Assembly (NCBI RefSeq): GCF_027921745.1
Contig: NC_079239.1
Coordinates: 1 to 64,000, forward strand
Length of the DNA: 64,000 nt
DNA from: Schizosaccharomyces osmophilus
Taxonomy: Eukaryota
Direction: 5' to 3'
In this document: piece by piece, positions 29,115 to 40,282 of the stretch
How the letters are laid out: every line of letters starts with the position of its first letter
How positions within the stretch are numbered: position 1 is the first letter of the stretch
Notes under the pieces: model-generated
Told to the model about the DNA's origin: nothing
The model's database searches: none
Seen by the model: the letters and a program-made list of their open reading frames with translations, nothing else
Made by a program: the position numbers and the translations under genes

Positions 29115-29894
29115 ATGTCAAATAACAGTCTTCCTCTCGAAAACAAAGTCGCCATCGTCACAGGAGGCTCCAGAGGTATCGGAGCAGGAATTGCTGAAAC
29201 ATTGGCAAGCCGTGGTGCCAAGGTTGCTATTACATTTGCCTCTGAAAGCAGTAAAGATGCAACGGAACAATTGGTGAAAAAGATTAAGGATTTTGGCACT
29301 TCAGCAGATGCCATCACTATTCAAGCCGACTTGCGTGACATTGCAAGTGCTAAGCATATCGTCGATACTACTGTCAAAGCGTTTGGTCCCACCATTCATA
29401 TTCTTGTTAATAATGCCGGAGTTGCTTATAAAGGAATTTCCATTGGAGATACATCTATTGAGGACTATAATAGTGTCTTTGATGTAAATGTTAGAGCGGT
29501 CTTTTTCATGGGAGAAGCCGTGGCACCCCATCTTCCCAATAAAGGTGGTAGAATCATCAACATTGGAAGCATTTTTGGAAGAGATTGTTTTGCTCAGTTT
29601 CCTCTATACTGTGCAAGTAAAGCAGCGATTGAAGGGTTCACAAGATGCTGGGCCGCTGAATTAGGTCCTAAAGGTCATACCGTCAATCAAGTCAACCCGG
29701 GTGCGGTGGAGACAGATATGCTAAGGGGAGGAGATAGCTCAGTAGCTAATGTGTTCAAAGATATGACTCCTATGGAAAACCGCTTTGGACAGCCTCAAGA
29801 TATTGCAGACGTTGTTGCTTTCCTCAGTGATGAAAACGCCAGGTGGATCACCGGACAAACAATTTCAGCTTCCGGCGGTCTGAAAATGTACTAG
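29115..29894 (+). CDS. Classical short-chain dehydrogenase/reductase (FabG-like), 259 aa (SDR-1)
   Basis: TGGSRGIG, NNAG and YCASK motifs. Start chosen by alignment with the paralogues. Confidence 0.93.
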   Translation: MSNNSLPLENKVAIVTGGSRGIGAGIAETLASRGAKVAITFASESSKDATEQLVKKIKDFGTSADAITIQADLRDIASAKHIVDTTVKAFGPTIHILVNNAGVAYKGISIGDTSIEDYNSVFDVNVRAVFFMGEAVAPHLPNKGGRIINIGSIFGRDCFAQFPLYCASKAAIEGFTRCWAAELGPKGHTVNQVNPGAVETDMLRGGDSSVANVFKDMTPMENRFGQPQDIADVVAFLSDENARWITGQTISASGGLKMY

Positions 29895-30360
29895 TCTTGA
29901 AGAATGAGAAGAATAAACGAAGTGGAATTCAGAGCAGTAAAGCAAATATTTGTGCTGAATTTAGGTTTGGTGTGAAGTTTAGCATCAATCGAATGATAAG
30001 CTAAAGCCAGAAATAATGAAAATTATGACAACTTAGAAATCCTACAGACCAATGTCCTGTCGCTTTTTCTTTAAGAACATAATTCTTTTTCGAAACTCTC
30101 ATGAATTGACAACAAACTACGTATAGCTTAGGGAATATTTTTTTTTTCCAAAAAGCGATTTTGGTTTATTCTGGAAATGCCTTCATCTATTTAGGCATTT
30201 CGAGGTTTACTTGCAAACTCTTGTCTTCAGGTATTTTAGATATCAAAAGTTGTAGATTAACTAAAAGTTTACAACTTAAAAATCCTTAGCAAACGCACAA
30301 TCGTAGGTTAGCCCTATCTTAGTATACTTAGAATTAATAAATTGTTATCTTTAAATTAAG

Positions 30361-30576
30361 TGTCACAGACGAAGTCTCACTCGTTTTGAAAGTAAGTATT
30401 CAGTGGAAAAGATGTATGTAATAACAATTCAGTAAATTGTATGTTTGAATTAAATTGGATGCTTTTATACTACTTTAATTAAATAGCAATAGTTTCCAGG
30501 GATCTGATTCACTCAACAAAGTTGTAAGAACAATTTATTTAGTTAGATCAGTTAAATCTTCCAATCTGAAGGTTTG
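30361..30576 (-). mobile_element. Solo-LTR-like fragment (3' half)
   Basis: Starts TGTCACAG and aligns with 39620-39834 (cagtggaaaag, ccagggatctgattcac, aaatcttccaatctgaag). Confidence 0.7.
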
Positions 30577-30699
30577 CCAGGTAATTTGCATTTTTAAAAT
30601 TTGTAAGAAAGTCTTTGTCTAAAACTACTTTCTTTGTCTTCTTTCAACTGTTTGTCTAAACAGTTTCTTTGTTTAATCATTACATTCATGAACCCTTAA

Positions 30700-30948
30700 T
30701 GTTATACAGTAATTCTATTATATTATCAGATATGTCGTTACAAAAGTAAATATTCATTTTTGCAATTGAAAATTTTATAAATTCAAAACTAAGGTTATAA
30801 AGAAGCTTACTAATACTAGAAAGATATATATACCTCTAGTTAAATGCTTAAATCTTTAGACTGGATTCAAATACAATTCCTCTTGAAATTGTAAATTAAT
30901 TCCCACTGAATACTTATTCTCATAACAAGTGAGATCTCTTCTGTGACA
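30700..30948 (+). mobile_element. Solo-LTR-like copy with internal deletion
   Basis: Aligns with 46410-46540 (ttcatttttgc, aactaaggtta, gatatatatacctct) and ends ccactgaatacttattctcataacaagtgagat...CTGTGACA. Confidence 0.7.
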
Positions 30949-31929
30949 CCAGCTAAGATATCACAAATAGCGAGCAACGAGAAAGTAAAATGTCATACAC
31001 CACTTGAATTTGAAGTAAATTGAAAGTTAGATAAGCTAGTTTAGAAGTACGTTCGTAAAAAAAAAAAATAAAAAATAAACTACTATCGTTGGGTTTTTTG
31101 AATAAACTTTAAGTTTTACTAGATATTCGTAAAAAAAGAAAAGATAAAAGTAATACTTTCGATTTCCCGCCTTAACGTAAAAATTCTTTTCATATATTTA
31201 ATGATACAGCTCAATTTAGAGGACCTAAGCAAACCGCCAGCAAGTTGTTGTAGAAAGAGAATAGTCAGCGCTCTATAAGTACAACTCTTGCAAACAAAAA
31301 GAATTAAAGTTACCCAGGAAGTGCTCAATATTGACGTTATGTATACTCGGTGCAAAACTAAATGAAGCCATTATTGCTAAATCTGGCCTTCAAAAATAAT
31401 TTAAAGCAAATAATCTCAATTAAACATATCTTGTATCAAACTTAAAAGTATCGTAAGGCTGTTTAAGTTACGATCGTAAAGTGCCAAGCGCAATTAAGTA
31501 GTACTAGTGATTAGTTGATCGCCAAAGGCACCGTCTATAAATTAACTCCTAAAGATTGATATACAGTTATTATAGTGCTAGCGTTTATTATACCGCTTGA
31601 GAAAACGAGTAGAACCAGAATTACAAGCAAAATTATTTGTCCTTAATAAGTGTTAACATAAGAATTGGATTCAAGCCTTGAGAAAAATTTCAAAGACAAA
31701 CAAACTTACAATTTACACTAACATTACTGGAGTCTAAGTGTAAACTGCTACTTTATAGTCGAAATCTTCAGGTCGAGTGTTTTCTCTCTTATCGTTATTC
31801 TGTGACCCTTTTGTTAGCATCTCTCGTACAAAGGTTATACAAGTAAAGACCTGCACTTTCGCCTGTCACACCTTCTCGAAAGCGATAGAAGCCCCCGCTC
31901 AAAGAAAAATTTACCGCAGACAAGTCTGA

Positions 31930-31944
31930 TTACTAAAATGACGT
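31930..31944 (+). promoter_or_regulatory. Composite TTACTAA plus ATGACGT site upstream of SDR-2
   Basis: ttactaaaatgacgt within a ~200 bp upstream block homologous to 28810-29017. Confidence 0.6.
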
Positions 31945-32048
31945 AAGTGAAGATAAGGTCCTAAGCGATATAATTAGCTGGAAGGGGTTCGAAAAAGCAA
32001 TACAAAAAATCAACAATCTTTTTTGTTTTGACTTTATAGATTTTAGAA

Positions 32049-32834
32049 ATGTCAAGCAATAGTCTTCCTCTCAAAAACAAAGTCGCCATCGTTACAGGAG
32101 GCTCCAGAGGTATCGGAGCAGGAATTGCTGAGACATTGGCACGCCGTGGTGCGAAGGTTGCAATTACTTTTACCTCTGAGAGTAGCAAGGGAATTACAGA
32201 GAAATTAGTAAATAAGATCAAAGGATTTGATACTTCAGCAGATGCCATCAGTATTCAAGCCGACTTAAGCGACGTCGCAAGTGCTGAACACATTGTTGAT
32301 ACCACAGTCAAAGCTTTTGGTCCCACCATCCATATTCTCGTTAATAATGCTGGATTTCTTGAAATAAAAACACTAGGAATGATTACCAAGCAAGACTATC
32401 ATCGGATTTTTGATGTAAACGTTAGAGCCGTCCTGTTTATGGCAGACGCCGTAGTTGCTCATCTTCCCAAGAAAGAAGACAGTAATGGGGGCAGAATTAT
32501 AAATATTGGAAGTATTATAGGAAGAGAGGGTTGCGTTGGACAATCTATTTATGCTGCAAGCAAAGCAGCAATTGAAGGGTTTACGAGGTGCTGGGCTGCT
32601 GAATTAGGCCCGCAAGGTCACACAGTCAATCAAGTCAATCCAGGAGCGGTGGATACGGATATGATAAGAAAGTCTAATTTTGATGAAGAAATAGTAAGAA
32701 AAATAACTCCTTTTGAAAACCGCTTTGCACAGCCTCAAGACATTGCCGATATCGTTGCTTTCCTTGCCGAAGAAAACAGTAGATGGGTTACTGGGCAAAC
32801 GATATCGGCCTCTGGTGGATTGCGAATGTATTGA
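32049..32834 (+). CDS. Classical SDR, 261 aa (SDR-2)
   Basis: TGGSRGIG, NNAG and YAASK motifs; paralogue of SDR-1. Confidence 0.93.
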   Translation: MSSNSLPLKNKVAIVTGGSRGIGAGIAETLARRGAKVAITFTSESSKGITEKLVNKIKGFDTSADAISIQADLSDVASAEHIVDTTVKAFGPTIHILVNNAGFLEIKTLGMITKQDYHRIFDVNVRAVLFMADAVVAHLPKKEDSNGGRIINIGSIIGREGCVGQSIYAASKAAIEGFTRCWAAELGPQGHTVNQVNPGAVDTDMIRKSNFDEEIVRKITPFENRFAQPQDIADIVAFLAEENSRWVTGQTISASGGLRMY

Positions 32835-32959
32835 TACTTAATTATAAAAGAAAATAGTTTTTTTTGTGAAAGAGTTGTGTTTTGACTAATCGTATTGAGC
32901 GTGTCTAAAAGTTCATGGTTGACTCACAATAATCTAGTCAGCTGTTGTTTTCGAGTACC

Positions 32960-34080
32960 TCTACGATAGATTGGTCATTTGAAAAAGTACATTTCTTTTT
33001 ACTTGGTACCAACGTATCAAAATTAATACCTTTTCACCAAGTCCATTCGTTAATATCATTGAAATTTGCTTCCATTGAATCTGTAGGATTGGAAGAGGAA
33101 AAATAATCGGTTGGTAAGTATGCTTGCACATTGACGTGCGAGTTTTCGGAAAATATGTTAGATTGACCAGATACACCTAAAAGACGATTGAACTTCTGAA
33201 ATAGTTGTCTCTAGGCCTATTTGACCAGAGCTTCACTAACCAAATCCGATTCTTTGAAGTAAGGTTTGTCCCTCTGTGACCCTGTACTCATGTTTATCCA
33301 AAATCAAACCTTCCTTATCCAAGAGGTAAAGTTTTTTTTTTAAAATTTCTACCTATCTTTATCCCTTCTTTAAACTTTACTGGAAACAACTGGGTCAGCT
33401 ATACTACACCTGTTATGCCAGCAACAATAACAAACTTTTGTGGGTTCGACTTACTTTTGATAAGGCGAACAGCGGAGAATATGATTGCTAGTTTCAACCC
33501 CAGTACCTTGAATATCATCATTGAATCAAGGTAATTTAGGACTATAACGATCGAAAGCTGTTTAGCGTCTATGCTGGCAAAATACTCGAAACGCACGAGA
33601 GCGTCTGGATATCATTCTTCAACGCTGTAAATATTATAATACAAAAATACACTAAATATTTCTCCATCACATCTTTTCTCAATTCAAGATACATAGGATT
33701 CTTCCGGTGATCCTTGTTGTTTGTACCAACATCCAGGACGATGGGTAAGAAACGATCTGGATCCAATCGTGAGCATGAAGTCATTGCTACTTATAGCTAC
33801 AAGCTGAAAAGAATCCATAGCGAAGCCCACCAAGAAAGTACAGGTTCCTAATGATGCGACGGGGAAGGATGTGTGCATGGTTTCGATAACTTCTGGAAGT
33901 CCTGTTGAGTAAATACTAGAAGGAAACGTAACAAAAATTGTTACAATGCAAAGCTAAATAACTACCCACCACTTTCGTAAATGAGACCAATTCCTTGGAT
34001 TTAGTCCGTCATCAGAACCATCCCTAGTAACAAGGTATTGAGTTTTCTCTTTTGGAAATTCACCAATCACGATCGTGTCT
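32960..34080 (-). pseudogene. Malic enzyme (mae2-like) pseudogene; boundaries approximate
   Basis: Fragments in different frames: LDPDRFLPIVLDVGTNN..HRKN, FNDDIQGTG (near 33500-33525), DKEGLIL, GVSGQ, PIIFP/SNPT. Many stops and frameshifts. Confidence 0.85.
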
Positions 34081-34400
34081 TCTTTCATTGTATATCCATA
34101 TCCATTTTTATATTCTTGCATGTCGTTTATAAATTACTGTTCTTGTTCGAATTCTTTGGAAGCACTTGATGATGTATCGGTACGAAAGCATGGTAGAGTG
34201 CGTGATACACCGTTCTTGTAGCATAGTACTGTTTAAACTTTTTTCCGGTAGCAAGAGAAAGCAAATCCATACTTCTTTCTAGACTGTTCTTGAATATAAA
34301 AGAAAATAAGAAAATGTCCTGTAATACCTAGCAGGTTTCCACAAGCTCTCTGTTCACATTGAGCAACACAATGATAATTAAGATAACTTAATTACTTTTT

Positions 34401-34403
<3 letters not shown>

Positions 34404-34435
<32 letters not shown>
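34404..34435 (+). repeat. Poly(dA) run, ~32 nt
   Basis: Seen directly. Confidence 0.9.
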
Positions 34436-34437
<2 letters not shown>

Positions 34438-34954
34438 TTACTGAGTTAATAAAGTTTTGTTTCATTTTTGTATTCATTATATACCGCCGCCGCTTTACTA
34501 ATCCTAATTACTGATCCACAAACCGCATTCTTGAGGCTTTTCATTTTTGGGAGGGAGAAGACATACAAATTTCGCTCCTCAATACAATGTTTGCTCGATT
34601 TTGTATTCATATAATTTGACTTTCCTTAACAACAGAAATGCAATTAGTCATTCGTAAAATACAACTACTCGCCCACTCCGACTGAGGGCTACTTATCTTC
34701 GTTTCCGCATAGTCCTTTTTTGCTTCTAGATATTCTTACCTAGTAATACAAAAAGCAAAGTTTTCTATTTAATTATTGAAGTTTTTGTAAAAAGTAAGAG
34801 ATTTTTTAGACTCTTAGATTTGCTATCCTTCTTCCACGATGGTGCGGATTTGCGCTTACGTAGTTTATTCCGAAAAAGTATATTTATCCGTGGGTTTAAA
34901 GCTTCTACAAAAAATCAAATAAAAGGAATTTAATTAATTGCTACAGTTCTTTCT

Positions 34955-35750
34955 ACCAATTTTCTTGGTAATGTGAGCGTGACGCATATAACAACTGCGA
35001 CTGCTGTCATTAGTTTTTGAAAAAATGAGGTTTTTGACAGACTTCGCACGGGGGGAACTGAATAGAATTACAAATCCAATGGAATAAAAGATGGAGTTAC
35101 TCTGAAGATGAGTAGTCCTGCCCTGAGATTGTAAGATTAACCTCCTATAGATGCAATTCTTTGAAGCCACGAAGGTCATCCAGACAACTTGGACGAATTA
35201 GGGACGTTGCCTTTTAGAATATTGTAAAGTTATAACTACTATGGATGGTGCTAAAAATCTTCAACCTCGACCAGGCGTACGCGGAATGCAACCATGGGAA
35301 ACGATATCTCTAGAGGTCGGAGGTAAAGAATTCAAAGTTACGGGAGTATCTACAAAGCATGTTTTATGGGGAGAGTACACCAGGTTTTTTCTTCGTGCGA
35401 CTTCATTCGGTACGAGTCGTGAGGGTCTGCCAGTGTAGTACACATTTCAGGTGATACTGTGTATATCGATGTGTTGAAGGATATAAAGAAAAAGTGTGAT
35501 GTATCTCTTGCTATATTTAATTTTGATAATGCTAAATAGATGGGCCATTGCAGGTTACTGTGGATAGTAAGCAAGCCGCTCAACTTGAAAAGGATCTTGA
35601 TATTGAACTAACGGTGCCTATTCAATTTAAAGGATGTAGCATTTTTAGTAAAGCTTAAAAAAATTAACCAAGGAGTTTGAAAACCGGGGGATTAGTGACA
35701 AAGTATGTTGGGTCACCATAGGGAAGCCAAGGACCTTAATTTCCGGCGAT
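34955..35750 (+). pseudogene. Metallo-beta-lactamase-fold (UlaG/Lactamase_B_2-like) Zn hydrolase pseudogene; boundaries approximate
   Basis: Fragments HITTATAVI, RFLTD, IDAIL*SHEGHPDNLDELG, TTMDGAKNLQPRPGVRGMQPWE, YISGDTVYID, GPLQVTVDSKQAA, broken by stops and frameshifts. Confidence 0.75.
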
Positions 35751-36353
35751 GTTGAAGAGCAATACTATATGTAAATACACAAATGAAGTGTGAAAATAAA
35801 TAGATAAAGAAATCTTATTGTTTCATTCCTTCTAAGGATTTAAACAAGCTCCTCATTGTTTGTCAATTGATGGGTAGGAGCTTGTATAGAAATACAAAAA
35901 TGAATTTTATTCCAATGTTTCTTAACTTCAAGTTGGTGTTGATAGTTGGAATCAAAAATTATATACTATACAATTTGATACGAGTCTCAGCAAATTCAAA
36001 CTGAAGTCAACAACCAAAGGTAAAAGAATGTAAATTTCTGTTAGTTGGATCTTGCGGATAGAGATGCTTTCCTTTTTTATTTAAAAGTTTAACTTAAATG
36101 CAAACTATCTATTTTATTCAATTTCTTTTCAGCTAATTCAAGTTTTTAGTATTGCTTTTCTCCATTATAGACTTCGTGCTTCGTATATCCTTCGTAATGT
36201 ACCACCTGGTTTGCATTATAGGTCTTGCCAGTGGTAAGTGATATAGTTATCACGTCGACCAGGGTTAGCTCAACCACTTCCTCATTACGTTGAAGTAAGA
36301 TGATTATCTCTGTTCAAGGAAAACTTAATTCATTTAGAAGTGAGTATCAGTAG

Positions 36354-38018
36354 ATGGAAACATCCTTAAAAAAACGTACTAGAGCAAGAAAAGCTTGTAT
36401 TGTTTGTCATAGGAAAAAAAGAAAGTGCAATGGTACCTTCCCGTGTTCTAATTGTCAAAAACTTCGCTATCAATGTGAATATGCGCCTGAAACGGTAAAA
36501 AGTCGCGAGCTTCAGAGTCAGAATAGTCAGCAGGAAACTGAAAAGATAGATAGTCGAGTCCTGGAACCTTACGATTCGAAAAGCACCACGACAAAGCCCG
36601 TCATTGCGAATGAAGACTTCTCCTTTCCAAAAAACAGCGAAACAAACAAGAGCTTTAATCAGGAAGGAATTAAAAGGCCGGTTTGTTTCGCGGATATCAT
36701 CGGCGATAGACTGGGTGTTTCTTCATCAAAAAATTACAAACCATATGCCTGGAACCTTGGCAGTCGTGCTTATCCGAAATGGAGTAAACGAACAAGCATA
36801 ACAAAATATTTCTCTCAAGATCAGTGCCGTTTTTATGCTTCTATATATTTCGAGGACGTTAATCCCATATTTGGATTATTGGATTCTACTACTTTTTTTC
36901 CAAAACTGAAATCTGTTTGGAACACAAATATGGAAGAAGAATTTGAAGCTTTGATATGTATTGTTGTTTTACTGGGCTCTTATTTTTCCCACACTAATTC
37001 CTTGGCTAGTGAGCTCGAATTTTCACTTATAGAGCTCTCCGAAAACCTACTGAAACCAGAAACTTTTCCGATGGGAATGAACCCAACAATAACAAAAATC
37101 GTTACATGGATGTTAAAAAGCGTGTACTTACGAAATATCGCTGACCCAGCTGATGCTTGGTTAGCATCTTGTACTTCAATGCATCTTATAGAAACTTTAT
37201 GCATAAAATTTGATTTATTCGAAAATCAGGAAAACAGTTATGAGGGTAACCTTTTCAATAACGACTTTTTGTCTTTAAGCAATATAATTATGATTTCAGA
37301 GGCTTTTCATAGAGTTCTAGCTATGGAGATTGAAGCTGCTCCCGTAAAGCTTTCGAGATTGAAAAGCAGATTCCTTGTCGATGGAGAAAATTTACAGAGT
37401 CAATCGAACCATCTTGTCCAGTTGGCTAAGGTTTTACCTGAGCCTGAAGAAACAAATGAAGAGTCCCAGGTAACTATGGTGGAAACAGTGCAAAAAATTT
37501 CAGGATTCTCACAGGAACAGCCTAACGTAATAGCACTATTAAAAGCGGCTGTTTCTTTTCATATGTATAGAAAACTGATTCTCACCAGTTTCCATTTGGA
37601 TGGAACTACAAGTGGTACAATCTTGAAGATAACTGATGAAGCACTAGATAGATGTCTGATTTTATGTGATAAAGGATTAGGTTGGTGGAACGTTTTAGAC
37701 GTACCTTTTCATGGAATCTGTGTTCTTTTGTCAATGGATACGAAAGAAAGTTTACTCTTGATACCGAAGGCATACGGTGTACTGAAAACAGTTGTCAAGA
37801 CTTTCAATACTATTCCTTCGCAAAGTGCTTTACAGGTATCATCCGAGTTGTGTTATGCATTACGAAATAAGAAACTGGGTGAGGCAAATATTTTGGATAT
37901 GGAGGAAGACGAAGGTAGTACCCGTTCTTATGATATAAATCCTGGAACGTCTGACTTACTTGTGGGAAATCCATTTTTTGATTTATTAGATTTAGAAGAC
38001 ATGAATTATTTCGTTTAA
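36354..38018 (+). CDS. Zn(II)2Cys6 fungal transcription factor, 554 aa
   Basis: CIVCHRKKRKCNGTFPCSNCQKLRYQC binuclear cluster, plus a middle homology region (YFEDVNPIFGLLD). Confidence 0.93.
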   Translation: METSLKKRTRARKACIVCHRKKRKCNGTFPCSNCQKLRYQCEYAPETVKSRELQSQNSQQETEKIDSRVLEPYDSKSTTTKPVIANEDFSFPKNSETNKSFNQEGIKRPVCFADIIGDRLGVSSSKNYKPYAWNLGSRAYPKWSKRTSITKYFSQDQCRFYASIYFEDVNPIFGLLDSTTFFPKLKSVWNTNMEEEFEALICIVVLLGSYFSHTNSLASELEFSLIELSENLLKPETFPMGMNPTITKIVTWMLKSVYLRNIADPADAWLASCTSMHLIETLCIKFDLFENQENSYEGNLFNNDFLSLSNIIMISEAFHRVLAMEIEAAPVKLSRLKSRFLVDGENLQSQSNHLVQLAKVLPEPEETNEESQVTMVETVQKISGFSQEQPNVIALLKAAVSFHMYRKLILTSFHLDGTTSGTILKITDEALDRCLILCDKGLGWWNVLDVPFHGICVLLSMDTKESLLLIPKAYGVLKTVVKTFNTIPSQSALQVSSELCYALRNKKLGEANILDMEEDEGSTRSYDINPGTSDLLVGNPFFDLLDLEDMNYFV

Positions 38019-38795
38019 TATTCTGTTTTCGCTGATCGTGGAAAATGCAATCATCCGCGAAGAAAATGAGAAAATAGCTAAGAAATGATTACGTTGCCGT
38101 TTTGAAGGTTTATCAGTAGATTTAAGTGGATTTATAAGAGGAAACAAAACCATTATAACGTTGAGGCAATGGATTACCGAAAATAGGGATTGCAATAGTA
38201 ACTGTTTATTGACTCTAGTTACAGTTTCACGGAAGTTAAAGAATTATGTTTTCATTCAATTAATATCTATAGTTCCGTCTAGGTATAAGTGAGCTGTTGC
38301 CCAATATAGTATGCGGTACATAGGCAATCGTAATTTTGTATTCTTCTTCGTTTCTATAGCTCTTTGGCTTTACCCGCTATCTTTAAATAAACCATTTTTT
38401 GATTCATTTTATACAATGAATTAAATAAATGGTGATTCATCCGACTAGCGTCCATAGTACGAAGTTAGTCAAGGGTAAATATAACTTTACTATCAAGGCT
38501 ACCAAGGAGTCAATATATTAAGAAAATATCAATTATAAGAGTAAAAGAGGTGTTCTAGAGTTGATCACTAGAATCAAATAATCGTCTCATGTTTGCTTTT
38601 GAATTATAGCCCTCAGCATTTCTTTCAAACAGGGTTTTTAAACTTTGCAAACGTTTTTTCTTTGCGCATTATTAACTGACAGAGCACAAGAATAAAACAT
38701 TGCTTTTAGTGTTAAAACAATTGGAGGTTTTCCCGGTTGCTTTTTTCTTGTGAGGAATCTATCAATTTGTCAGAAACGAACAATGAAATGAAGTC

Positions 38796-39409
38796 TCAAA
38801 TGACAAATATATCTTCATCTTCTTTAGCTGTTATATTTATAAAAAGTGCTGAAAAAAAGCTCAAAGCTATAACAGTTAGGGAAATCGTAAAAACTAAGAC
38901 TACATACCTATTATGGTGCTAAAACAAGCTAGGTTTACAACAAAGAAGGTTTTCCAGTTGTTACAAAAATGCTCCCTATCATCAAGAAAAAATGCAAGGT
39001 CTACTATCAAATTCGGAAACATGGTCATGGATAATGCGTACACATATTCTGCTCTAAGTTTAGTTAAGATCTGAAATATCACTGGCTGATTAGTAAATAT
39101 AATTTAACATGGGCATTAGCAAGCCTTACCCAGCAAACAACTTGTAAAAAGTGCACACCACGTAGCCCAAAGTACATTTATAGAGGAGTTACTTATTGAT
39201 TTACTAACGATAATCAAGCCTATAGTGTATACCGTAAACAGTAAAAATAATGCTCTTTTCCAAGTTGGCATAGGATGATGTTCCTTCCTTTTCTCGGCTT
39301 GTTTTATATCCGTAATTATTTGTGAAGCCAAATGAAATAACTCTTCATCATTGAGCGACTCACAAAATCCATGAAAGCTTGACAATGGAACATGCGCGTT
39401 ATTCATCAT
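38796..39409 (-). CDS. Divergent wtf-related multi-pass membrane protein, 174 aa; exons 39409-39130, 39081-38908, 38866-38796
   Basis: Two short phase-1 introns (GTAAGG..CTAAT..CAG and GTATGT..CTAAC..TAG) join the ORF-track fragments into one 525-nt frame. TM motifs and intron positions match the wtf gene at 44991-46008. Confidence 0.72.
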
Positions 39410-39619
39410 TGTAGCAGCTACTCAGAAAATATGGGAAAGTCGGCACTTTTTGGAAGGAGAAATCAAAGCTCTTATTATGGTCTACGTATAAGGAAAAAAA
39501 TCAATTGTTTTTTAACTGAAAAATAAGAGAGAATCTTTAGAAAGCATATGAAACCTCCTAGTAAAAATAGTCTTGTAATCCGTGACAGCATAATGTCATA
39601 ATTGTGATATTCACGACAT

Positions 39620-40025
39620 TGTCACAGGACGAATCTCACTTGTTATGAGAATAAGTATTCAGTGGAAAAGGTGTAAGTAATAACAATTCATAAAATTGTA
39701 TATTTGACTTGTAAATTGGATGCGTTTGTACTATAGAAAAATAGTAATAGCTTCCAGGGATCTGATTCACCAAGTAAGTTGTATGAACAATTTTATTTGG
39801 CTAGATCAGTCAAATCTTCCAATCTGAAGATTTGAGCTCTCAGCAGAGGTATATATATCTATCTAGGATTAGTAAGCTTCTTAATAACCTTAGTTCTAGA
39901 TTTCTAAAATTTTCAATCGCAAAAATGAACATTTACTTTTTGTAATAACGCATTCGATAATACAATGTGTTTACTGTATCAAAATATTAGTAATATCGTA
40001 TACCAGTTATGACACAACCGTGACA
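39620..40025 (-). mobile_element. Solo LTR-like element, 406 bp
   Basis: Inverted termini TGTCAC...GTGACA. The minus strand has TATATATACCTCTGCTGA, like the Tf-type TATA/CTGCTGA arrangement. Homologous copies at 30.4-30.9 kb and 46.3-46.7 kb. No TSD seen. Confidence 0.78.
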
Positions 40026-40282
40026 ATTTAATATAAAAAAATCTTTCGTAATACCGACACTAGCATACTGTCCGACGACCATCAATGCGTTAACAGTCGT
40101 TAACCATTTACCGAAGTTTAAGACATCCCTAATTCCACTTGTCTTTTCGCACCATTGTTTTGACAACAGGGGAGCCTCCCAAGCAAGTGTCCCAACTAAA
40201 AAAACAAACAAAGCAACTACCAACACCTTTTCTTGTGACCTATAGTCCCTACACACTTCATTTTCGCTGCCCCTTCTCAAGA

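Noticed and set aside
34404..34435. Poly(A) run as a retrogene tail
   Set aside because: The adjacent malic-enzyme pseudogene is on the minus strand, so the run is at its 5' side, and no TSD is visible.
36215..36285. Possible tRNA remnant (gccagtggtaag...gaccagggtt)
   Set aside because: No GTTCRA box B and no pairable acceptor stem.
40139..40282. TTG-initiated N-terminal extension of the DUF1773 gene
   Set aside because: Non-ATG start in a eukaryote; the first ATG is at 40283.
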